Shown here: piece after piece, positions 30,481 through 39,125 of the stretch
Layout of the letters: every line of letters starts with the position of its first letter
How positions within the stretch are numbered: position 1 is the stretch's first letter
From: Flavobacteriales bacterium
GTDB lineage: Bacteria; Bacteroidota; Bacteroidia; Palsa-965
NCBI GenBank assembly: GCA_040377305.1
Contig: JBEIPA010000037.1
Span: 1-42,271 of the forward strand
Reading direction: 5' to 3'
DNA length: 42,271 nucleotides
Notes under the pieces: model-generated
Databases searched by the model: none
Told to the model about the DNA's origin: nothing
Seen by the model: only the letters and a program-made list of their open reading frames with translations
Position numbers and translations under genes: made by a program

Positions 30481-32895
30481 TTAATTGCCTCGAATGAGAT
30501 GGACAAATCCGGTCGTTACATGCGGATCTTCGAGACAGTAGCCGTGCTTGCATTCGACGTAATATACGCCTTCTTCACACTCGTTTTTTCGATAAGTGCC
30601 GTCCCAATGTTCAGTAAGATTTGTCGAGGAGAACACCTGAACTCCCCAACGATTGAAGATTTTAACTTCGAAGAAGTGTGCGGTGTTCAGACCAACTTCA
30701 TACACGTCATTAATCCCATCACCATTCGGTGTAAACACATTCGGAAGATTTGCTGAATCACGCTCTATCTGAAAATCAATTTTGAAAACGCAGATATCCC
30801 ACATATGTGTGTTAGTTCCATCCGCGTACGCCCAAGGTGTGATCGGAAACTCTGCCGAATCGGCGCACACTGCCTGATAAACGATACCGTCCTTGTCGAA
30901 TCTGCTTGTACCACCGTCGCAGTGCCACGATCCGTAAAGCGAACCAAACAAGAGCGATCCTGCATTGTCGGTGAGACAAGCAAGATACCATTGCGTGTGC
31001 GCATCCCAGGTGGTAAAAAGTGCATCTCCCGTCAGTGGCCAATTCTGGCTTCCTCCAAAACCGCCGAGATAAATTCGCTTACAATTGTCGACCATAAAAG
31101 CAGTGGGCAGAACTTTTCCTGCCGTCGTTCCATCACCAATAACAGTGGAGAATTTTAAAGTGGCCAGTGAGGGATCGAACTTCGCGATGAAATTGATGCT
31201 ACCAGGATTCGAATAAACACCGGGTGTTACAGGAGCATCCAGCGGACGGAGACCGGTTACGTATACGTCTCCATCGGAATCCAGATCGATGAAGTAGCCG
31301 ACATCCTGATTGGGTCCGCCGTAAAATGTACACGCCACCAAAGTCGATCCGGTGGGGTCGAACTTCGCGACGAACACATCAGTTCCACCACCGGCAAATG
31401 TTGTTTGATATCCGCCCGGTACCATTTGAAATCCTCCGAAGAGACCGCGGTAAGTTCCGCATACATAGACATAACCTGCGTCATCGACACGTATTCCCAT
31501 TCCCGCATCATTCAGTGAAGCACCGAGAAAACTACACCAGATCATTGTACTCAATGATGGATTCAGTTTAAATGCAACCACATCCACTCCACCGGAGTAT
31601 GTTGTGACATAAGCACCAGGTGTAACCGGAAAATTCTGCGACGTTGATCCACTGGCGATGTAAACATTTCCCGATGCATCCACTACAATTTCACCGCGGT
31701 TGCCATCGCCTAATCCAAGGTTAATGTAGTTCACACCATCGTGACCAGTGCTACCTACAAATGTGGACGCAATGAGAGTGGATAAATCTCCGGAGAGGTA
31801 AAACACCACAATGTCTTCCTGTCCGTTGTGTGTTTGATCAAACGCGCCAACTGTTGTAGGGAAATCCTGTCCGTTTGTTTTTCCATACACATAAAGATTT
31901 CCGTTGTGAACGAATGTGCTGAACGGAAACTCTTCTCCTGACCCGCCGACGTATGTGCAATTAAGCAGGTTGCTCCCGGTTGCATCAAACTTGCTGATTG
32001 CAATGTCGTGCATGCTATCAAATGCAAGATCATAAGCGCCTAAAGTCACCGGGTAACCTTGCGCATAGACAACACCAGCTACGTAAATTTCTCCTGCATC
32101 ACCTGGCGTCGACGTGAAGCCAAAGCACATCGCAGTTCCACCGCTATAGGTTGATGCAACAACTTCAGGATCGATGATCAGCTCTGCAGTAGTATCGTAA
32201 CCATCGGGAAACCGAAAGCTCACAATGTTACCTGTAAGCACATACTCGCAACGCACATTCGTTTTCTTCCCGTGAATGAACTGAAAAGCTGCAGGGATGA
32301 TTTCAGTAACCTGCAAAAATCCTGCATCAATCACCAACGCATTGTTCCGGATAGCAAGTGAACGTTGTCCGGTATACTGCATTTGGATTTCGGAAACATC
32401 AGCATTGGGCGCCACGATGAAATCATACTTAAGCGATGAACGTTTGTTGTGATAAATCACATCGATGCCATCGTAAAGGGAACTGTACTTTACAGTGTTA
32501 AACATTGGAAGTCCACCCCGCCATTTGGATGCATCGCTGCCTAAGAAATAACCCGCAGCCGATTTCTGTTTACCCATGCCATCTTGCATCACTGAATTCC
32601 CATTCACAAAATTCATTTCGTAAGCATAACACTCGACCCGCGCTTTCTTCAGTTCATCTTCAGCTTCTAAGCTGAAAGCCGAATCAATTCGCTCATGGGT
32701 TGCAGCAACGGTATTCGCATCGAAGAATGAATACCGGACTCCGTTCTCTTTCAAAAAAGCGCGGCCCGATTTAATATCCGCCTGAAACAAGATTTCAGAA
32801 TTCCATTGTCCCTGATTAGGTACGAAAGCATCCTGGGCGAATACAAACATCCTCGTCAGAAAAAAAAGTACAAACAGGAGTGATCTTAATTGCAT
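30481..32895 (-). CDS. SBBP beta-propeller protein with T9SS type B CTD (paralog B)
   Basis: Collinear with 27942-30425: FVPNQGQW, LKYDFIVAP, LIIDPEVVASTYSGG, LPNVFTPNGDGIND, GFVHLIR. Confidence 0.88.
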   Translation of the reverse strand: MQLRSLLFVLFFLTRMFVFAQDAFVPNQGQWNSEILFQADIKSGRAFLKENGVRYSFFDANTVAATHERIDSAFSLEAEDELKKARVECYAYEMNFVNGNSVMQDGMGKQKSAAGYFLGSDASKWRGGLPMFNTVKYSSLYDGIDVIYHNKRSSLKYDFIVAPNADVSEIQMQYTGQRSLAIRNNALVIDAGFLQVTEIIPAAFQFIHGKKTNVRCEYVLTGNIVSFRFPDGYDTTAELIIDPEVVASTYSGGTAMCFGFTSTPGDAGEIYVAGVVYAQGYPVTLGAYDLAFDSMHDIAISKFDATGSNLLNCTYVGGSGEEFPFSTFVHNGNLYVYGKTNGQDFPTTVGAFDQTHNGQEDIVVFYLSGDLSTLIASTFVGSTGHDGVNYINLGLGDGNRGEIVVDASGNVYIASGSTSQNFPVTPGAYVTTYSGGVDVVAFKLNPSLSTMIWCSFLGASLNDAGMGIRVDDAGYVYVCGTYRGLFGGFQMVPGGYQTTFAGGGTDVFVAKFDPTGSTLVACTFYGGPNQDVGYFIDLDSDGDVYVTGLRPLDAPVTPGVYSNPGSINFIAKFDPSLATLKFSTVIGDGTTAGKVLPTAFMVDNCKRIYLGGFGGSQNWPLTGDALFTTWDAHTQWYLACLTDNAGSLLFGSLYGSWHCDGGTSRFDKDGIVYQAVCADSAEFPITPWAYADGTNTHMWDICVFKIDFQIERDSANLPNVFTPNGDGINDVYEVGLNTAHFFEVKIFNRWGVQVFSSTNLTEHWDGTYRKNECEEGVYYVECKHGYCLEDPHVTTGFVHLIRGN

Positions 32896-32964
32896 AGCGC
32901 AACAAGTTTCGTTTGATAATTCTTTAACCGGGGATGGTTTCTAAATTACGAAAAGAAATAGATA

Positions 32965-33738
32965 TCAGACCGTTTTGGGCGGCTCCGTAGGACCTTTCGG
33001 AACTTTCTTTTTCCGCATGCGCATGTTGAGCAATTCAACAATGAATGCGAATGCCATTGAGCTGTACACGTATGGTTTTGGAACCTCCACATCGAAACTT
33101 TCCAATACGAGGAGGAAACCGATCATCAGGAGGAATGCAAGCGCAAGCATTTTTACCGTTGGATGTTTGTCGATAAACGCACTTACTTTTCCGGCGAAGA
33201 GAAGCATAATCACCATAGAAATGATGACGGCAGCAATCATAATAATGACTTCGTCAACAATTCCGACCGCGGTAAGAATAGAATCGAAAGAAAAAACAAC
33301 ATCGATGAGTACGATCTGCAAAACGATTGCTCGAACGCTGAATGACTTCTTCTTCTCGGTGAGTTCTTCTTCTGTATCATCCGCCATATCCATCTTCTCG
33401 TGAATTTCCGAAATGGTTTTCGCGAAAAGGAAAACACCTCCACAGAAGAGAATAATGTCACGACCACTGAATCCTTTTCCGAATAGCGTGAACAGATCAG
33501 CCTGCATGCCGATGATCCATGTGATCCCGAACAGCAATCCTATACGCATAAGCAAAGCGGCGAGTAATCCCCAGATTCTTGCTTTGCGCTGGTCTTGTTT
33601 ATCGGGTAGCTTACTGGCAATGATGGAAACGAAAATGATGTTGTCGATTCCCAACACGATCTCGAGCAAAGCCAGAGTGAAGAGACTGATTAAACCGTCG
33701 AAAGAAAATAAGTGAGCAAACTGAGTGCTGAAGTCCAT
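32965..33738 (-). CDS. TerC-family membrane protein
   Basis: LEIVLGIDNIIF, IDVVFSFDSILTAVG, FIDKHPTVKMLALAFL. The -7 box TACCTTTG at 33748-33755 supports ATG 33738. Confidence 0.92.
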   Translation of the reverse strand: MDFSTQFAHLFSFDGLISLFTLALLEIVLGIDNIIFVSIIASKLPDKQDQRKARIWGLLAALLMRIGLLFGITWIIGMQADLFTLFGKGFSGRDIILFCGGVFLFAKTISEIHEKMDMADDTEEELTEKKKSFSVRAIVLQIVLIDVVFSFDSILTAVGIVDEVIIMIAAVIISMVIMLLFAGKVSAFIDKHPTVKMLALAFLLMIGFLLVLESFDVEVPKPYVYSSMAFAFIVELLNMRMRKKKVPKGPTEPPKTV

Positions 33739-33760
33739 AATTGAGTGCAAAGGTAGGTAT

Positions 33761-33858
33761 GGATTTGGCGATTAAGGAATTGGCGGACTAGGGAAATTGA
33801 GCAAATTATGAGCCTTTAAAATCAAGTTAAAATCCCTCAATCCCCAATTCCTTAGCCC
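33761..33858. repeat. Inverted pair of ~8-nt GGAATT-type tandem repeats
   Basis: taaggaattgg (33773-33783) is the reverse complement of ccaattcctta (33844-33854); same family as 5431-5510. Confidence 0.6.
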
Positions 33859-33914
33859 AAAAATCGACAGTCTTTCAAAAATATAGTCTGATAATCAGTA
33901 ATATACGCACATAT

Positions 33915-33959
33915 TTAGTACTATGTATTGCATGATAGTAACTAATACATATATCTTTG
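33915..33959 (+). promoter_or_regulatory. padR-pspC promoter with overlapping palindromic operator
   Basis: -7 box TATCTTTG (33952-33959). TACTAT-N10-ATAGTA inverted repeat (33919-33940) spans the -33 region. Confidence 0.65.
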
Positions 33960-34022
33960 CGTCATACGTTAGTGAAATCAAAACGGTAGCTGCGGCTGTT
34001 TTTAAACCGTCAAAAAACAAAA

Positions 34023-34367
34023 ATGAATACTGAAAACACGAAAGCCCAAATGCGTAAAGGAGTGCTCGAGTTTTGCATCCTCTCCATCCTTGCCGATGGT
34101 GATGCATATCCGACCGAGATCATCGAGCGCATGAAAACAGCTAAGCTGGTGGTGGTGGAAGGAACGCTTTATCCTTTGCTCACGCGATTAAAAAATTTCG
34201 GACTTCTCACCTATCGCTGGGAAGAATCAACATCAGGTCCGCCGCGTAAATATTACCGACTTACCGAAAGTGGAACCGCATTTCTCAATGAGCTTTCTAC
34301 ATCCTGGGAAGAACTCGTTCAATCAGTTGCCCAGGTTACAAAAAAAGACACCCATAACGCTCTATAA
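34023..34367 (+). CDS. PadR-family transcriptional regulator
   Basis: MRKGVLEFCIL, VEGTLYPLLTRL, WEESTSGPPRKYY. Confidence 0.95.
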   Translation: MNTENTKAQMRKGVLEFCILSILADGDAYPTEIIERMKTAKLVVVEGTLYPLLTRLKNFGLLTYRWEESTSGPPRKYYRLTESGTAFLNELSTSWEELVQSVAQVTKKDTHNAL

Positions 34368-34376
34368 CAACCGGAC

Positions 34377-36107
34377 ATGAACAAGACCGTAACTATAAAC
34401 ATTTCAGGAATGGTTTTCCATATTGAGGAAGATGCATTCGACAGATTGAAATCGTACCTCGATTCACTGCGACATAAATTCAGTGGCGAAGAAGGTCGCG
34501 ATGAAATTCTCGCCGACATTGAATCACGCATTGCAGAAATTCTCACCGCGAAAAAAGGTCCGGCGCGTGAAGTTGTAATCATGTCTGATATTGAAGATGT
34601 CATATCAACTATGGGCGAACCGGAAACCATTTCCGAAGAAAGCAACACGCAAAATTCGGAACAGGCATCTTCTCAATCGAACAAAGAAGAACCAGAAGAT
34701 GATCGTCACCGTCGTACGCGTCGCAGATTATTCCGCGATCCGGATGAGCGTGTTGTAGGTGGAGTTTGCGCAGGACTTGCACACTACTTCGATCTTGATC
34801 CGGTGTGGATGCGTTTGATCTACGTACTATTCACGTGTATTACAGTGGGAACAGGAATATTTTTCTATCTGTTGCTGATGGTCATTATTCCGCGTGCTGA
34901 AACAACTGCAGAGAAACTGGAAATGCACGGAGAACCGGTTGACGTGAACAACATTCGTCGCAGCATTAAAGAAGAATTCGAAGAGTTTGGCGAACGGGTG
35001 AAAGAGTTCGGTAAGCAAACGAAAGCTGAATGGGGAAAAGGTGACTATGATAACCGGTACCGCTCCCGCTATCATAGGAGAAGCAATGCAGCGGAAGATA
35101 TATTGCGCGGAGTTGGGAAAGTAATCGGAAAAATTGTTGCGGTTGCTCTTGTATTCTTCGGTGTATTGATGCTCATCGGTTTGTTCACAGGAACTTTCTT
35201 CATCACTGATTTTGGTCCTGATCAGATCGGAGCACACGTGAAGAGTTTGTTTGATGATTCATCGAGCTATTACGTTGGCGTAATCGGTGGAATAATTGTA
35301 TTCGGTATTCCGATTATCATGATGATCTATTCCGGAATCACAATCCTCTTCCGTTTGAAACGCAGTAACAAAGTGATTGGCTTCTCTGCACTGGGAATCT
35401 GGATCATTGGAGTTGTGATGGGAATCCTTTCCATTATCAACATCGCAAGTGGTTTCTCTCAGGGATCTGATTCAGCTGAGCGCATTGCAGTATTGAATCC
35501 GCATGACTCAACCCTCACTATCAAGGTTAATATTGACGAAGGCATGCTTGGTCCATCGTATATAGATGAGTGGGATGGCAATAATGGAAACGGTTACAAT
35601 CATCGTTGGAAAATGGTGAGTGGTGATGAGAACGATTTGAAATTTGGTTACGCAGGATTGAATATCGTACCAGCGATTGGCGACAGTATTGAAATGTTTG
35701 TTTACAAGAAAGCACAGGGACGTACGAAGGTTGAAGCGCAGAACCGTGTGAAGTCAATCAATTATCCAATCGAACAAGACTCAAATGGCATTACTTTCCC
35801 TTCGCACTTCACTATTGGTGGACAAGCCTGGAAAGCGCAGGAAGTTGGAGTAGAACTTCGGATTCCGATCGGAACAGTGATCATGATTGATGCAAGTTGT
35901 CAATACCTGCTCGATGATGTGGAAAACGTTTCTAAGACATACGATGAGGATATGGTGAACCGCCGCTGGATCATGACTTCATACGGACTGAAATGCATTG
36001 ACTGCGCTGACCTTGGAATCCGTAAATGGGGACAACCCGATCCAAATCCGGATTCAGAAGACGACACAATCATTACAGACGACACCATCATTGTGAACCG
36101 CTGGTAG
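34377..36107 (+). CDS. PspC-domain envelope-stress membrane protein
   Basis: MNKTVTINISG..FHIEEDA N-domain; PspC motif RRLFRDPDERVVGGVCAGLAHYF; further TM helices and a periplasmic C-domain. Confidence 0.92.
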   Translation: MNKTVTINISGMVFHIEEDAFDRLKSYLDSLRHKFSGEEGRDEILADIESRIAEILTAKKGPAREVVIMSDIEDVISTMGEPETISEESNTQNSEQASSQSNKEEPEDDRHRRTRRRLFRDPDERVVGGVCAGLAHYFDLDPVWMRLIYVLFTCITVGTGIFFYLLLMVIIPRAETTAEKLEMHGEPVDVNNIRRSIKEEFEEFGERVKEFGKQTKAEWGKGDYDNRYRSRYHRRSNAAEDILRGVGKVIGKIVAVALVFFGVLMLIGLFTGTFFITDFGPDQIGAHVKSLFDDSSSYYVGVIGGIIVFGIPIIMMIYSGITILFRLKRSNKVIGFSALGIWIIGVVMGILSIINIASGFSQGSDSAERIAVLNPHDSTLTIKVNIDEGMLGPSYIDEWDGNNGNGYNHRWKMVSGDENDLKFGYAGLNIVPAIGDSIEMFVYKKAQGRTKVEAQNRVKSINYPIEQDSNGITFPSHFTIGGQAWKAQEVGVELRIPIGTVIMIDASCQYLLDDVENVSKTYDEDMVNRRWIMTSYGLKCIDCADLGIRKWGQPDPNPDSEDDTIITDDTIIVNRW

Positions 36108-36116
36108 ATATTGTAT

Positions 36117-36587
36117 ATGACAAACGCACAAGACATCATCAACAAATTAAATCTGCAGCCACATCCTGAAGGTGGTTGGTACTCGGAAATCTATCGCTCG
36201 CAGCAGTTAGTTGTTTCGGGTACACAATCGCGCAGCGCAATGACCAGCATCTATTTTCTTCTTGCTGAGGAAAAAGTCAGTCGCTGGCATTGCGTGGATG
36301 CAGACGAAGCGTGGCATTTTTATGAAGGCGACACACTGGAGTTATTGGTGGCTCCACCCGACTTTTCCCGGATCGAAATTATAGCTCTGGGAGAAGTTCG
36401 GGATAACAAGAAGCCGATTCATATTGTGCCCGCAGGTTGGTGGCAGGCCGCGCGAACAACGGGAAAGTTTTCGCTGGTTGGTTGTACAGTAGCACCCGGA
36501 TTTGAGTTTAGCGGTTTTCGATTTCTGAACGAAGAGGAGAAAGAAAAGATGAAAACAGTGAATGCGAATCTCAGTCAATTTCTCTGA
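36117..36587 (+). CDS. Cupin_5 (DUF985) protein
   Basis: LQPHPEGGWY, TSIYFLL, WH..DADEAWHFYEG, VPAGWWQAA, LVGCTVAPGFEF. Confidence 0.93.
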   Translation: MTNAQDIINKLNLQPHPEGGWYSEIYRSQQLVVSGTQSRSAMTSIYFLLAEEKVSRWHCVDADEAWHFYEGDTLELLVAPPDFSRIEIIALGEVRDNKKPIHIVPAGWWQAARTTGKFSLVGCTVAPGFEFSGFRFLNEEEKEKMKTVNANLSQFL

Positions 36588-36643
36588 TCCTCAGTCGATT
36601 TAAACCGTTCATGTTAAAATTCCTCAATTCCATCACAATTGCA

Positions 36644-36669
36644 GTAACAAACAGGGGTTAGCCACGTCT
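36644..36669 (+). promoter_or_regulatory. ECF sigma-type promoter (GTAAC-N16-CGTCT)
   Basis: gtaac at 36644-36648 and cgtct at 36665-36669 fit the AAC-N16/17-CGT ECF consensus. Confidence 0.55.
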
Positions 36670-36674
36670 TACTA

Positions 36675-36786
36675 TTGAATCATCCCCTTGGACTGGTTAG
36701 GTCAAGGTAAGACTAGGGGGTTCTGTTTCGTGCAATTGGTGTGCAAGAAGAGCCGGGTTTCGCAGCCTCGGCTCTTCGCTTTTTTT
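36675..36786 (+). ncRNA. Candidate ~110-nt small RNA
   Basis: Lies between the ECF-like promoter and an intrinsic terminator, with no credible ORF; 5' hairpin ccttggac/gtcaagg. Confidence 0.45.
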
Positions 36787-37100
36787 ATTGGATGTTGAAC
36801 ATTGCGCGTTTGGCGTTGAACATTGCTGTGATCCGAAGACCACGAGTGCAGTTGAACACCAAATGTAAAACGCCAAATTTTCAATGTTCAATGAAAGACT
36901 AAGGAGTTCCATTTCGTGCAATTGGTGTGCTCCGAAGGAGGTCCTTCGGACCAAGAAGAGCCGGGTTTCGCAGCCTCGGCTCTTCGCTTTTTGTTGGATG
37001 TTCAACATTGCGCGTTTGGCGTTGAACATTGCGGTGATCCGAAGACCGCTAGTGCAGTTAAACACTAAATGTCAAACGCCAAATGCTCAATTCTCAACGA
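36709..37100. repeat. Tandem direct duplication, 186-bp period (36709-36894; 36895-37100 with 22-nt insert)
   Basis: Shared blocks tttcgtgcaattggtgtgc, aagaagagccgggtttcgcagcctcggctcttcgc, aacattgcgcgtttggcgttgaacattgc and gtgatccgaagacc. Confidence 0.95.
36747..36786 (+). terminator. Intrinsic terminator (second copy at ~36955-36992)
   Basis: gaagagccg/cggctcttc stem followed by a T7 tract. Confidence 0.75.
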
Positions 37101-37104
37101 AACA

Positions 37105-37136
37105 AAAAGCGCGGCAGAAGATTCTACCGCGCTTTT
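37105..37136. terminator. Bidirectional intrinsic terminator
   Basis: aaaagcgcgg...ccgcgctttt, just downstream of the minus-strand gene ending at 37153. Confidence 0.8.
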
Positions 37137-37152
37137 ATTCAAGTGCTAATCA

Positions 37153-38751
37153 TTATTCTATGATTATCTCTTCATTCCTCTGCTCTCCTCCATTCGTCAC
37201 ACGCAACATGTAAACTCCCGGCTTGATGGATACCTTCGGAGTGTAGGTGTAAGTTGTTCCGCTGAACGTAAACGCATCCACTTTTTCTCCGAGTACATTC
37301 ATCAATTCAACTTGTACGTTCTCCACTTCCTGTGCGTATTGAATCGTGAACACGCCGCTATTCGGATTCGGGAATACTTCGAATGAATTTCCCGTCACCT
37401 TCGGAGCTTGACGGTTTGGATTTGGTCCTCCGTGACAACACTCATCAGGATAGCAGCACTCGCGGATTGAAAAATCATCCATACCGAAATCGTTTCCGAA
37501 GCTGTTCGTTTCGAGATTGACGATGCGTACTGTCATGGTGGTGTTCTTGTCCGACCACCAGCAAGGCACGGAATACTGACTCCAGTTCCACGCACCGAAA
37601 TATGGATTTCCTACTTGCGTCGACACAATTACATCACCGGTAACATTTCCGATAAAGTGAATTTCATAAATCGGTTGCACCTGATCTGCATCTGTTGCCC
37701 AGAAATTAAAATTGTAAATCGTGAATTGATTCACATTGACAGTTTGCTCCCACAGAACTGTTGCCGGAGATGCACCGTCCACTGACATATACATGTTATC
37801 TGAAGTCAGTGTGTGATCCGGTGTAGTCGGATCATACGTGCTGCTGAACCAACCCGGACCTACGAAATAATTTCCCGGTGTATAAACGCTCGAATAGGTG
37901 TGTCCGCTTGTGAACCCGGTGTTGCCAAGGCTGAAATCTCCATTGGTAAAGAGGTTCATGCCCATCATTGCAGGAGCCCACACCGTGAAGCTCGACGTGC
38001 AGCACTCACGGAATGAGAAATCGTCCATGCCGAAATCGTTCCCGTAGCTGTTTGTTTCGAGATTGATCACCTGAATTGTGACCGTGCGGTTCTCTTCCGA
38101 ATTCCAACAAGACACTGCATGTTTGTCCCATGCCCACGTGCCGGTATAAGGAACTCCGTTCTGCGTAGACACAATAACATCGCCGCTTACATCACCGATG
38201 AAGTGAATCTCATAAATCGGTTGCACCTGATCGGCACGCGATCCATGAAACGAGAATGTGTAATTCGTGAATGAGGTTACACTCATCGTTTCTTCCCAGA
38301 GCAATGTTGCAGGTGAACATCCATCAATCGCCATAAACATGTTGTCTGCAGTTGGCGTATTGTCCGGAAAATTCGGATCGAGTGTTGTACTGAACCAACC
38401 TGGACCTACAAAGTAGTTACATGGACTGTACACTGCAGCCAATGTTTGTCCGCTGATGAATCCCGTTGCACCCGCGCTGAAGTCGCCATTCACAACGAGT
38501 TCCGGCCCTATTACTGTGGATGCTGTAACGGTGTAACTCGCAGGAGTGGTTGTTGTAGGATTAGCAATGTTTGGATTGCTGACTAGTCCGGCCGGCGACC
38601 ATTGATACGTATCAAATCCCGGAGTTGCGTTGAGATAGGTTATTCCCTGACGGCAATCCTGATACGGATCTGCTACTACCTGGCAGGGAGAATCCTGCGC
38701 GAATAATTGTGCACCAGTGAAAGTGCTCAGTAGGAGAAGTAATTTTTTCAT
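37153..38751 (-). CDS. T9SS type A cargo with two tandem CBM/galactose-binding-like domains
   Basis: Signal peptide; two units at 182-aa period starting L..NGDFS.G and ending NDFGMDDFS.RECC; CTD VFPNPNSGVFTI...LMNVLGE...GVYMLRV. Confidence 0.85.
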   Translation of the reverse strand: MKKLLLLLSTFTGAQLFAQDSPCQVVADPYQDCRQGITYLNATPGFDTYQWSPAGLVSNPNIANPTTTTPASYTVTASTVIGPELVVNGDFSAGATGFISGQTLAAVYSPCNYFVGPGWFSTTLDPNFPDNTPTADNMFMAIDGCSPATLLWEETMSVTSFTNYTFSFHGSRADQVQPIYEIHFIGDVSGDVIVSTQNGVPYTGTWAWDKHAVSCWNSEENRTVTIQVINLETNSYGNDFGMDDFSFRECCTSSFTVWAPAMMGMNLFTNGDFSLGNTGFTSGHTYSSVYTPGNYFVGPGWFSSTYDPTTPDHTLTSDNMYMSVDGASPATVLWEQTVNVNQFTIYNFNFWATDADQVQPIYEIHFIGNVTGDVIVSTQVGNPYFGAWNWSQYSVPCWWSDKNTTMTVRIVNLETNSFGNDFGMDDFSIRECCYPDECCHGGPNPNRQAPKVTGNSFEVFPNPNSGVFTIQYAQEVENVQVELMNVLGEKVDAFTFSGTTYTYTPKVSIKPGVYMLRVTNGGEQRNEEIIIE

Positions 38752-38862
38752 GGGTTTAAGTTTTTAGATGAATGCTGAATTGTGAATTGTGATTCGAATC
38801 GGTATCGAAGCTATTTCAGCATAACATCAAAAACTGCGGGAATTTGCAATATGTCGGAATTG

Positions 38863-38893
38863 GTTTGTGGAATGCGGTGTTGAGTTGGTGGAA
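38863..38893 (-). promoter_or_regulatory. Putative LytTR binding site (10-bp direct repeat, 21-bp period)
   Basis: gtttgtggaa (38863-38872) and gttggtggaa (38884-38893), 9/10 identical, ~50 bp upstream of a weak -7 box (TAGCTTCG, 38806-38813). Confidence 0.55.
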
Positions 38894-38896
38894 ATG

Positions 38897-39123
38897 GGAA
38901 CGCGGATTTGGAACGCGGATTTTGTTGTCCGTAGTTTTCTACGGTCCCTTCGGATGACGAGGGTAAACTCAAATTCTCCGATACGATATTATGAGATAAA
39001 CTCAAACCTATCTCATAAAATCTGATTCTCGATTTGTCTATTCACCGCAGTGATCCGAATGAAAGTCTAACAAGTGCCCTACATAAAAATCCGCGTTCCA
39101 ATTATCTCAGAACCGCGTTCCAA
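38897..39123. repeat. Degenerate ~194-bp palindrome with 16-bp perfect terminal inverted repeats (MITE-like)
   Basis: ttggaacgcggatttt (38908-38923) pairs with aaaatccgcgttccaa (39086-39101). Inner pairs share the same centre, ~39004. Confidence 0.7.
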
Positions 39124-39125
39124 TC

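Noticed and set aside
33739-33900. yybP-ykoY Mn riboswitch upstream of terC
   Set aside because: A -7 box sits ~10 nt from the ATG, leaving no leader, and no riboswitch motif was recognised.
36792-36902. 36-aa peptide MLNIARLALNIAVIRRP... repeated in both units (type I toxin-like?)
   Set aside because: Several differences between copies are synonymous, but the stop is not conserved, the ATG follows a terminator, and the 7-mer periodicity explains the sequence. Not excluded without Ribo-seq.
36709-37100. CRISPR array
   Set aside because: Only two long units, no unique spacers and no cas genes in the window.
37450-38510. Diversity-generating retroelement TR/VR pair
   Set aside because: Both repeats are in-frame domains of one protein, the differences are not adenine-specific, and no reverse transcriptase is present.
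38811-39005. 64-aa ORF upstream of the CBM-like gene
   Set aside because: It spans the palindrome and the putative LytTR/promoter region and has no protein-like features.
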